64,000 nt of DNA from a virus. The position numbers were made by a program, and so were the translations under genes. This document shows positions 37,601-45,425 of this stretch, piece by piece; within the stretch, counting starts at the first letter, position 1; each line of letters starts with the position of its first letter. A model generated the notes under the pieces. It searched no databases. It was not told the origin of the DNA and worked only from the letters and a program-made list of their open reading frames with translations. Location of the stretch: positions 1-64,000 of IMG/VR virus record IMGVR_UViG_3300023202_000135, one strand, 5' to 3'.

Positions 37601-38905
37601 CTGGTACATTTGCTCTGCGACATTCAACCCGATCTTAGCCGTGGCAGCGAGGTCCGAGTTGTGCCGGCGGATGAACTCTTCCCCTGCGCCGAACTCGCGC
37701 AGCACACCGGCGGATTCGATCTGCTCCGACGCCGAGATGAGATTACCGTACCTATTATCCGTAGTAATGAGTTCGCGCCCGAACTTCACCGCTTCGACAC
37801 GCGTCTTCCCCATATTCCTGCCGACTTCAAACAAACCGTCAGCCATGCTGTCCAACGTCCCGGTACCGGCCTCCGCGGTATCGAGGAACTGGCCGCTGGC
37901 TTGGAAGAGGCCCCGGACGCCGTCCTGCACGTGCTCCAGGGCTTCGCTCACGCCGAGGAAGCTGAGCGACGTGTTCTTGACTTCCTGCGCCTCGTCACCG
38001 ATGCGCTCGATGTCGTCGGCGGTGGAGTGCAGCGGTCGCTTGAGGTCGCGCACAACGTCGTGCATGTCCTCCATCTGCGGGAGGATTCGCTTCTTGAGCT
38101 TCGTTTCGAGTTCGCCGTACTCCCTGCCAAGCATGGAGCTGACTTCCTCGACCTCCATGAGCTTCGCGTTGAAGCGGTCAGGAGCTTTGGGGTCGAGACC
38201 GAGCTTCACTTCCGACTGTAGTACAGACAGCTCCTCAGTGACGAGGCGCAGCGACTTGAACGTGTCGCGGAACTGCTTGGGCATCGAGCTGATCTTGCCC
38301 AAGGCTTGCTTGCTTATCACCAGCTCGCCCGGCTCAGCCAAGATCAACGTCTTGTCCCGGCCCGCACCGCGTGGCGTTCCCGGTGAGGGCGGGGGCACTT
38401 CGCCGCCCGTCTGGAACCGAGGCAGGTTGCGCATCATGCCGGCGAGGTCCGGAGGCTGGGTCATCTGACCGTAGGCCTGTGACAATGAGACAGAGCGGTC
38501 GAAGAGCGGGTTGCGGCGCGTGGGCTTCTTCGCCGTCAGCACGAGCTTGGCCCGGCCGAGTGCCTCTCCGACCGACTTCTTCATCATCGTAGTCAGCTTG
38601 CGCTCGGTCTCCGCCGCGATGACGAAGTTGACCCGCTGCGTGATCGGCTTCGCCGCCTTCTTCTCGATCTCCTTGAGCGCGCTCGCGTACCCGCGACCGG
38701 CGTTCTTCGCGACGTTTTGACCGAACGCGTCGGCCATTCCCCCGAGGTCAGTGAACAGCTTCGACGACGACTTGAAGGCGCGCTTGTTGGACGCCTCCAT
38801 CTGGTCCGTGAACTTCTTGTAGTTAGTCCCCGCCTTCTTGAGCTTGGGGCTCATCTGGTCGTCGAGTTGCAGGAAGAACCCGATGGCTTGGTCACCGAAC
38901 GGCAT
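34658..38905 (-). CDS. tape measure protein
   Basis: 1415 aa, helical and Ala/Gly-rich with hydrophobic repeats; position in the tail module. Confidence 0.85.
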   Translation of the reverse strand: MPFGDQAIGFFLQLDDQMSPKLKKAGTNYKKFTDQMEASNKRAFKSSSKLFTDLGGMADAFGQNVAKNAGRGYASALKEIEKKAAKPITQRVNFVIAAETERKLTTMMKKSVGEALGRAKLVLTAKKPTRRNPLFDRSVSLSQAYGQMTQPPDLAGMMRNLPRFQTGGEVPPPSPGTPRGAGRDKTLILAEPGELVISKQALGKISSMPKQFRDTFKSLRLVTEELSVLQSEVKLGLDPKAPDRFNAKLMEVEEVSSMLGREYGELETKLKKRILPQMEDMHDVVRDLKRPLHSTADDIERIGDEAQEVKNTSLSFLGVSEALEHVQDGVRGLFQASGQFLDTAEAGTGTLDSMADGLFEVGRNMGKTRVEAVKFGRELITTDNRYGNLISASEQIESAGVLREFGAGEEFIRRHNSDLAATAKIGLNVAEQMYQMGDALKFTREESIATALATRNLGASTALGLEGAQQALAEIIDPTSATGLALKQLPERMRSSMVQGLVGVRAAFGEEFLDLGKDLTEKIALSLEDSEAGIAARQSLRTLTDLDPQQIQKMVQEGNIEDVVRAMADKANRLGIKGLAAEGFAEIAQVDPTAFRSFTERQEETIDTAGKVRDSLVETTGAAEKLEKAVAGQVPVWSEWTNAAQRFVADKVGFDVIEALDGMNFQMIASAFYLGQMAKGAVVFAARATGAMLPALGGAIKKLFMFQRAAKGAAVSSVAGAGARGGGLGAMFAGVAKGLAAFAAPPVILGTAVITGAIIGLGFAAKVAAPAFEVILNGMQGIVAVFQEMDPGQIVASTAALALLGPSLAAIGTGTAVMATGMLVAAPAMIAFSAAMEKFGGVTGVGSTMSDVVMGLIAGFDVDQRQLDKSLGVIKSAAVFMGAFAAISTGALVGVAVSTVVNGVDKITSLFGGRSPFDQLTDFAGRITGVINNLATEFDPSKVAVDGLQTANKVFAGMGNFMAKFARTAALVAGIGLGASVMGAIDTSVEFWTGRDMASHIVKNGRDIRRSVTGLSDTFRALDSTATYKGFDSTIKVFEASGELFLAFEEVSDAFDRADPGAIKEMLSTAGDFWSDSTATGRIVAVGKDIAATAPKLATIFGPISGKDTADAFGTTVQAFRTTGAFLRNFTRLRELFDDVDPGVWAAVANKFATIFGGEETPGKRIAAGGADMVTAINEIVTTFAALNTDALTSTAEKFSPTGQFLSSLGLLMQGFNDLEPIANKLGNTEWLFGMFGDEGSIEPVLAQSDNIRDAMEKLSETFRGMRISARATARLASAGDMMSSLGGIVRGFRALDNIDFDAMNDRERERMRGKLQFVMETMAAIGFDIPTADDFQAAGLANVPSGSEIRSLIEVVVGENSPLVKQQQETNRLLGNIATLLKSSGQGTIQIQQAPQGATLPRPGPDTRNIAGGS

Positions 38906-40272
38906 TAGATGCGCCTCCTACGAAGGGGCGTGCCGGAGAAGTCCTGCACCGGCTTGCGGAACACGCCCGGCCCTGGCTTACCGAGGGTGTCGCGCAGCGG
39001 ATCTCCCAGCGGCGGGCCGGGCGGTAGCGGATCGGGGGTGAACTCCCCGGAGTCCGTGTTGTCGAAGTTGTCGCCCTCCATGACGAACCATTCCGAAAAC
39101 CATTCGATGTTCGCGTTCTCGGCCGCCCGCGCCACGTAGCGGATCTGCATACCGTTGAAGTTGAACCCGAACGGGATCTGGAATATGAAGTTCTGGAATA
39201 TCCGCGTGTTGAAAATGGCCGGCTCTTGCAGCTCGATTAGGACGCGCTCCCCGCTCTCGCCGGTGTCAATCTCGAAGTAGGTGAACAACGCGCCTTCCGG
39301 CGTCGGCCCGATCTGCGTGGTCACCTGCATGAGGTGATCGGTGTTGACCGTCACGTCGACGAGCTGCGGCGCCGGGTCGCTGAACTGTAGTGGTTCGAGG
39401 ATCGGGTACGGCGACCCGGTCCTCCCAAGAACGCCCGGGGGCGACTCAATCGACAGAACGTCGAACGTGCCGTAGACGAGCTGCTCTTGCGGCGTGTAGA
39501 ACTGCGAGAAGTCCAGGTCGAAGTCGCTATCCGACTTGATGATCTCGGCGTAATCGACCGAGGTCGTGGTAACCTGCGGCGTCCCCTCGCCTGCGAGGTC
39601 CATCGACGCCATCGCTTGCACGTCGATCTCCTGACCAGCGCCCGCGTTGTACAAGTCGCTGATCTCCGACGAGGACAGCTCCCGACGCCACACAGCCAGC
39701 TCGTCGATCACGCCCTCGAACCCGAGACCGATCGTCCGCGGTGTCCCGAGGTCGTCGTTGAGGTCGCCGTTGAACGACCCGCTCGCAACCTGGGTGCCGT
39801 TGCGGTACAGCACGGCCGCAGTCGGCGTGGCTACGCCGACGTAGTGGATCCAGCCGCTCGTGGCAGCTTCGGTGTAGACCGCACTGGCCGGGTTGTTGGC
39901 GAGGTCGAAGACGCGGAAGGTGATGTCGTCGTTGCCGTCGATCCAGCCAAGCAGGTAGCCCTGGTCGACGAACCCGGAGTCGGTCTTGTCGACGATGATG
40001 TGGTTGGTGCCGAACATGGTGCTCGGCGCCTTGTCGAGGTTGACCCACACCGACACCGTAACCTTCGGGATCGGCCGGTACCGCTTGTTTCCGGGGACTT
40101 CGGCCTTACCCGTCGAGAGGTCCGTGCGGAGTCCGGAGGCGAAGAACTCCGCGCTGTCTATGGAGGCGTCCGTCAGAACAGCGTCTTCGGTGTAGACTTC
40201 GTCCTTGACCACACCGCCGGGTGCTTCGTCGAACTTAAAGTAGTGAATGAGCCCGTCGTACAGGGCCATCAC
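38905..40272 (-). CDS. LamG/concanavalin-like domain virion protein
   Basis: LIHYFKFDE, TVSVWVN, WIHYVGV, FEGVIDELAVWRRELS. Confidence 0.8.
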   Translation of the reverse strand: MMALYDGLIHYFKFDEAPGGVVKDEVYTEDAVLTDASIDSAEFFASGLRTDLSTGKAEVPGNKRYRPIPKVTVSVWVNLDKAPSTMFGTNHIIVDKTDSGFVDQGYLLGWIDGNDDITFRVFDLANNPASAVYTEAATSGWIHYVGVATPTAAVLYRNGTQVASGSFNGDLNDDLGTPRTIGLGFEGVIDELAVWRRELSSSEISDLYNAGAGQEIDVQAMASMDLAGEGTPQVTTTSVDYAEIIKSDSDFDLDFSQFYTPQEQLVYGTFDVLSIESPPGVLGRTGSPYPILEPLQFSDPAPQLVDVTVNTDHLMQVTTQIGPTPEGALFTYFEIDTGESGERVLIELQEPAIFNTRIFQNFIFQIPFGFNFNGMQIRYVARAAENANIEWFSEWFVMEGDNFDNTDSGEFTPDPLPPGPPLGDPLRDTLGKPGPGVFRKPVQDFSGTPLRRRRI

Positions 40273-42149
40273 TCATCCCAAACGAGCCGGACGTTGCTGA
40301 GCTTGATGTACCTGTTCGGTCGGCTGCTGGTATGGACGCTCCGCACGCGGATGATGATCTTTCCGTCATCCCGGCGGACCTTGTGCCCATCGGCGTCGGT
40401 CAACGTGACCTCGATCTCCTCGCCGGTATAGCGGTCGTCGCCGCTGTTGTTGGTCTGGTAGAAGTTGCCGTCGCTGTCCTTGCCGCCGTTGTCGAGTGAC
40501 AGGTAGACCTCGCCGTCGCCGTCGAGGGCCTTGAACTCGACACGAAGCGGGTTGTAGACGAAGTCCGACCCGCCGTCGTTGCGGTTGATGAGGTTGAATC
40601 GGAGCCGCCAGTTCTGCGCGCTCAGCGAGATGTCCGCGGTGTCGATGATGAACTCAAGGTCGCGGGTGGTATTGGAGCTGGTGTCACGGTCGATCTCATC
40701 CTGCCCGCTGACGTACTCCCATGGAACGCCAGACGTGACGTCATATCGGATGATACTTCCGTCGTGGCCCAGGTCCGTAGTTGAGTCCGCCTGGAAGTCG
40801 TTGCCGCCGATGTCGGTCTCGGACGTTGCCCCGAACACGTCCATCGGCCAGTGGTCGACGGTCTCGCTCAGCGAGATGGAACCAGACACGAAGCTGGAGA
40901 AGTCCGTAATACCTTCGATGTTTATGGCGGCGAGAACGCCGATGTTGTTGAGGAGCCATGCGTGGTACTGCTCGCCGCCGATCGCATCGACGAAGTCGCC
41001 CTTCGGCGCCGTCTTGTCGATCCACCGGAATCCGGGGATGTCCCACCAGTCTTCCCACTCCTGGATCGGTGCCGGGCTGACGCGCACGTCGAGGGGGCCG
41101 ATGTAGTCATTGCCGTCCTGATGATTATCCCACGTGCGGTACACGCACCGGTTGAGAATGTGCGCGAGCGTTCCCGCCTCATCGCGCGGCGACGGGAGCG
41201 TTTCTTGGTTCTGAAACGCCCGGTGCGGGCGGCTGATGTTCTCCAGGCTCCGAAGGTGCAGACGGAACGCGTTGTCGGTCTCAGCGCGGAAGTCGTGCTG
41301 GATTCCGACGACCCATGACTCAATGCGTTCAGGGCCGGTGGGTCGCCAGTCCGGGTCCTCTGTGTGCCCGTCGATAATGACAATCGGGTTTATGCGGTCG
41401 AGGTTGTCGTCGTCCAACACCGGCCGTGCCTTGGTCGGGATCCGCCCCCCGCCGAAAGCCGCGTAGAAGTTCATGAGGTCAGCTTCGGTGACCTTCGTGG
41501 TCCCCTGCCCAACCTTGATGAGGAGCCCGCCCTTCGATAGGACCACCTCGAAGTTCCGTATCAGCATCGTCGTTTGCTGCGACGAATTGCCGGCGAAGCT
41601 GTCGTAAGGCTTCCACGCCCACTGGTCGAACGGTGAGTTCCCGGGGTGTCCGCCTACAGCCGCCAACGTGCCGCCGAGCCACTGCGAGGTGAAGTACGTG
41701 CTGAACGAGTCGTTAAACAGACCTAGGCCGTTGTTGCTTTCGCGCTCGATGGCCTTCATGAAGTTGATGTAGTTATTGAGCGGGTCCCCATCACGGATGG
41801 AACCGTCTCCGCGCAACCACACCCCGATCGACATCTCCTCGCCCGGGTCGCTGGTGCTCTCCCACCACGGGGCGTACACGATGAAGATAGGCCGGTAATC
41901 GACGCCGTCGACCGTGAAGGTCTCGGAGGTCGGATACCAGTAGGCCCAAAACACCGAAGAGTTGGTGTCGGGCGGTGCAGCGTCGACGAGGTCGGTCTCG
42001 GGGTCGTTGATGGACAACGCTGGAATGAACTCCATGCCCACCGTGACCAGAGCGCGGTGGAGGTCGTGGATGAAGCCGTACTTCGTGTAGAACTTCGGCT
42101 CCTGGAGCCGCCAACGCTTCGCCGGGATCGCTTGTCCGAAAGTCGCCAT
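40269..42149 (-). CDS. hypothetical virion protein
   Basis: 626 aa ORF in the tail operon. Confidence 0.7.
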   Translation of the reverse strand: MATFGQAIPAKRWRLQEPKFYTKYGFIHDLHRALVTVGMEFIPALSINDPETDLVDAAPPDTNSSVFWAYWYPTSETFTVDGVDYRPIFIVYAPWWESTSDPGEEMSIGVWLRGDGSIRDGDPLNNYINFMKAIERESNNGLGLFNDSFSTYFTSQWLGGTLAAVGGHPGNSPFDQWAWKPYDSFAGNSSQQTTMLIRNFEVVLSKGGLLIKVGQGTTKVTEADLMNFYAAFGGGRIPTKARPVLDDDNLDRINPIVIIDGHTEDPDWRPTGPERIESWVVGIQHDFRAETDNAFRLHLRSLENISRPHRAFQNQETLPSPRDEAGTLAHILNRCVYRTWDNHQDGNDYIGPLDVRVSPAPIQEWEDWWDIPGFRWIDKTAPKGDFVDAIGGEQYHAWLLNNIGVLAAINIEGITDFSSFVSGSISLSETVDHWPMDVFGATSETDIGGNDFQADSTTDLGHDGSIIRYDVTSGVPWEYVSGQDEIDRDTSSNTTRDLEFIIDTADISLSAQNWRLRFNLINRNDGGSDFVYNPLRVEFKALDGDGEVYLSLDNGGKDSDGNFYQTNNSGDDRYTGEEIEVTLTDADGHKVRRDDGKIIIRVRSVHTSSRPNRYIKLSNVRLVWDE

Positions 42150-42170
42150 GTTACCCCCTCATCGCGCCGC

Positions 42171-43649
42171 TTACGAGGGCGTCGCTGCAATCGACACGGT
42201 GTCACCGGGCCACTCGATGGCCATATTCCATTGACGGCCGTCGTCGTCGACCTGGGCGATCCGATACGGGATCCCGGTGACTTGGTCGGTGATCTGGTTG
42301 AACGGGAGGAGACTCGAAGACGTAGCGGCGAACCGCGGGACGTCCCATACCGCCCGTACGTCCTGGACGATGGCTATGCTGGTGTCCGGGGCCACGTTGT
42401 TGTCCGTGCTGCCCGTCACCACGCCGGACGCCACGGCGTGCCCCGCACTCGTGGGGCCGCCGGTCGGCAGAACGACCACGGGCGATATGCGGAAAACGTC
42501 ATCGCGCTCCGCGAACGGCACGCCGAACGTCTCCTTGATGTAGAGGCTCTCCGTGACGTTGTTGTGCACCCACAGCGAAAACAGGACGTCCCTGTTCGAG
42601 ACTCCGATCTTGGGGTCGTCGACTTGGCTCTGCAAGTCGAGCCGGGGGTTCCCGTCTGTCTGTAGTTGGTACCCTCGGACAATGTGCGGCTGTAGGGCCG
42701 CGGTAATGTTCTTGTCGGAGCCCCCGTCGTCGACGAATCGGTAGCTTCTACTGTCTGTGAATGGGATGGCTCCGAACAGTTGCAGGCCCGCACCTTGCGT
42801 GAACCACCGGCGGGTATGGTCGCGGTCCGAGTGGAGATCCGGGTTGGGCTGGAACGTCAGAACCGCACCGTGACCGACGTTCACCGCCTCGCCGGCCTTA
42901 CCCGCCTCGACGTAGAAGCCTTCCCGGCCGCCGACGAACAGGAACTCGTTGTCGAGGGTCATGTCCAGGGTTATCTGGATGCGGTGCGCCACGACCTGCA
43001 AGCGTTGCGAGTCGTCCTTGTTCTGGTTTTGCAGCCACGGGATTACGTCGACCCGGTCCGTCGCGCCGTCCGCGTTGATGAGGAGCCCACAGTGCTGGAC
43101 GACGCCGTCCCCGTCGTACCACCAGAGGTCGTTGAGGAAACTGGTGACGTCGAAGGCATGGGCGTTGATCGCGTCGTGAAGGTTCTGTAGCGATACCTCG
43201 AAGGTAGACCCGATAGCGACCGAGATGTTTCCGGCGCCGACCGTCGCGTCGTTGTCGAACTCGAAGGTGACCGACGTCGTCCCGTCGCTGATGGTGATGG
43301 TATCGCCATCGGTCACTTGCCCGGTGATGGTAATGTCGCCGCGGGCGGGTGACGCTCCGTCACCCCCGGACATGCCGTTGGTGGTGATGACAGCACCGGC
43401 TTCGCTGTGCGTGATAGCGACGTTGCCGCCGCTCCCGTTGCTGTCGTTTTCCAGGTCGATCGTGAACCGCTTGCCGTCCAGGAGGTAGTAGTCTCCGGAC
43501 CCGCCCGAGGCGGTACTCCCGGTGACGTTCTCGAACCCAACGTCGAGCAGGAAGTCGCGGAATGCTGCGGTCACGGTCTCCTTGGTGTGGCTCAGGTCCA
43601 CCGGAGAGAACGTCCAGGTCGCGCGCTTCCAGTCGATAGGTGGTGCCAT
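42171..43649 (-). CDS. hypothetical virion protein carrying a sheath-type inserted domain
   Basis: VTFEFDND...NLHDAIN segment shared with the sheath and gp6. Confidence 0.7.
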   Translation of the reverse strand: MAPPIDWKRATWTFSPVDLSHTKETVTAAFRDFLLDVGFENVTGSTASGGSGDYYLLDGKRFTIDLENDSNGSGGNVAITHSEAGAVITTNGMSGGDGASPARGDITITGQVTDGDTITISDGTTSVTFEFDNDATVGAGNISVAIGSTFEVSLQNLHDAINAHAFDVTSFLNDLWWYDGDGVVQHCGLLINADGATDRVDVIPWLQNQNKDDSQRLQVVAHRIQITLDMTLDNEFLFVGGREGFYVEAGKAGEAVNVGHGAVLTFQPNPDLHSDRDHTRRWFTQGAGLQLFGAIPFTDSRSYRFVDDGGSDKNITAALQPHIVRGYQLQTDGNPRLDLQSQVDDPKIGVSNRDVLFSLWVHNNVTESLYIKETFGVPFAERDDVFRISPVVVLPTGGPTSAGHAVASGVVTGSTDNNVAPDTSIAIVQDVRAVWDVPRFAATSSSLLPFNQITDQVTGIPYRIAQVDDDGRQWNMAIEWPGDTVSIAATPS

Positions 43650-43722
43650 GCCCGCACTCCTTGCTGGGTGTTATACCCGCGGCGTCGGCGGGTGCCACTC
43701 GTAGTCGCTCAGTGGCGCCTTG

Positions 43723-43908
43723 TCATCGGCGGCCCTTGGCCTTCTTCATCGCCTGCTCATGAGCGCGCTTCTCCTCCTGGAGCTGTTCGTATAGGCGAGT
43801 GACGTGAGCGTTGATCTCACTCGTCGGCATTCGCCACAGCGCTTCAAGCGTGTACGCCCCCTTCCCGTGATATATGAGGAAGAACTCCTTCTGCTGGAGG
43901 TCTTCCAA
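43723..43908 (-). CDS. C-terminal extension of the tail assembly chaperone (likely frameshift product)
   Basis: Weak TTG start; frame is open back to TTT TTT C of the upstream gene. Confidence 0.55.
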   Translation of the reverse strand: MEDLQQKEFFLIYHGKGAYTLEALWRMPTSEINAHVTRLYEQLQEEKRAHEQAMKKAKGRR

Positions 43909-43909
43909 A

Positions 43910-44683
43910 TCACACGAGGGCTGGTCGAAAAAACTCCGAATCCAGCGGAAGGGCCATTTCGTTGTCGGCGCCGCAATACCGGCACGTCGGGTAGATGGTC
44001 AGGTCGATGCCCGGCTCCATCTTCTCGATCGCCTGCTCGAAGCGCAGGCGGTCAGCGTAGCTGAGGGAGCGGACGAACTCTTCGGCATCACCCGCGTTGA
44101 CCGGCACCTCGTTGACGGACTGGATGTGGAGGCCGAGGCGGAAGAACCGACCGCCGTCTTCCACTTGTCCCTGCGCGCCGCGCTGCTTCAAGTTGCGCCG
44201 GATGGTCTCCTCATCCTTCACCCGGAGGAAGCGGCACAGCACCGTCTTGTCGGTGTCCTTGAGCGGCACCGGGAAGGGCTCCAACGCGTCGTTGTCGGGG
44301 AGCTTCTCGTCGAGGTCCGCGCCCAAGTTGACCGGGAACTTGCGGTTGGTCTGGCCGCACTCCTGGCACTTGAAGCTGATGTGGTAGTCGGTCGTGCCCA
44401 GCGTGAACGACCGGATGGCGAGCAGGATCGCGAAGCGGTCAGTGGCCAGGAGGTCGTCGTGCTTGAGCCCCTCGGGCAGGCGGCAGCAGTTGCGGATCAC
44501 GTTGTTCATCCGCTGTCCGAAGCCGAGGGCGTTGTTGAAGAGGATCGACTCCTCACGCGAGGTGAGCTTCCGGACCTCGACAGTCCCCTCTTCGTCCATG
44601 AGGCCGTCGTAGAAGAGGCCGCGAGACGGGAGTTGAATGGCGACGTACTCGACGTCGTTGGTGGCGGGTGCGGTGTCAGTCAT
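43910..44683 (-). CDS. tail/baseplate assembly chaperone (gp26-like)
   Basis: LPSRGLFY, LLAIR, CQECG, CRYCG, terminal EFFRP; follows the tube gene. Confidence 0.75.
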   Translation of the reverse strand: MTDTAPATNDVEYVAIQLPSRGLFYDGLMDEEGTVEVRKLTSREESILFNNALGFGQRMNNVIRNCCRLPEGLKHDDLLATDRFAILLAIRSFTLGTTDYHISFKCQECGQTNRKFPVNLGADLDEKLPDNDALEPFPVPLKDTDKTVLCRFLRVKDEETIRRNLKQRGAQGQVEDGGRFFRLGLHIQSVNEVPVNAGDAEEFVRSLSYADRLRFEQAIEKMEPGIDLTIYPTCRYCGADNEMALPLDSEFFRPALV

Positions 44684-44808
44684 GTGGGTCTCCAGCGTTG
44701 CAGGAGGGTTGTCGTGTGATGTCAGACGGCACGAGGATGAGCAGCGCTGCTACCGATCCTCGTGCCGAGTAGTGGTGCGCAGGTTACGCGGCCCAGGTCA
44801 GCGGGCAA

Positions 44809-45381
44809 TCACTGGTTGCCAACGGGGCGGAGACCGTCCCGCGGGATGACCTTGTCGATGACCAGACCCATGGTGACCCGGAGGGCGTCCTCGCCGTCCA
44901 TGTCGATGTCGCCCGGATCGTAGCTGTTGGGCCAGATGCCGACGAGGTCGAGGCGGCGCTCGATGGTCCCCTCCGGCGAGAAGAGGCTGACCCAGCCGGC
45001 CATCTTGTAGTCGCGGGCGAGGCCTGTCTGTCCGTTCTCCGGGTTGTGGACGAGGTAGTTCCACTTCCAGAGGACGCTGTGCACCTGCCGGTCGACGTAG
45101 TCCTGGTAGACCACGGACAAGTCGTCGTAGGTCGGGTTCCCTGCGAACTTCCGCTTCTCGTTGAGGTACCCGATCTCGACGATGCCCACCTGTCGCTTCG
45201 GCACCGGGAAGGTACGGAGCGACAGAAGGAGGACGTCGTCCTGACCGCCGGAACCCTGGCCGCCGCCCTGCACCGCCGAGTTGAGACCCGTGATGTAGAG
45301 CAGCGCGTTGTTCTGGCGCTGGGGCTCGTGGTTGCCGCCACGAGCGCCGATGTGGTTGGCGAAGAGGTTTTCGAGGGCCAT
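44809..45381 (-). CDS. tail tube protein (gp19-like)
   Basis: EPQRQN, RKFAG, W..LVHNP.NG..G...DYK, GIWP. Confidence 0.88.
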   Translation of the reverse strand: MALENLFANHIGARGGNHEPQRQNNALLYITGLNSAVQGGGQGSGGQDDVLLLSLRTFPVPKRQVGIVEIGYLNEKRKFAGNPTYDDLSVVYQDYVDRQVHSVLWKWNYLVHNPENGQTGLARDYKMAGWVSLFSPEGTIERRLDLVGIWPNSYDPGDIDMDGEDALRVTMGLVIDKVIPRDGLRPVGNQ

Positions 45382-45425
45382 GGGGCTGCTCTCCTGTGCT
45401 GCGGTGACGTGATGTCAGCGGACGG

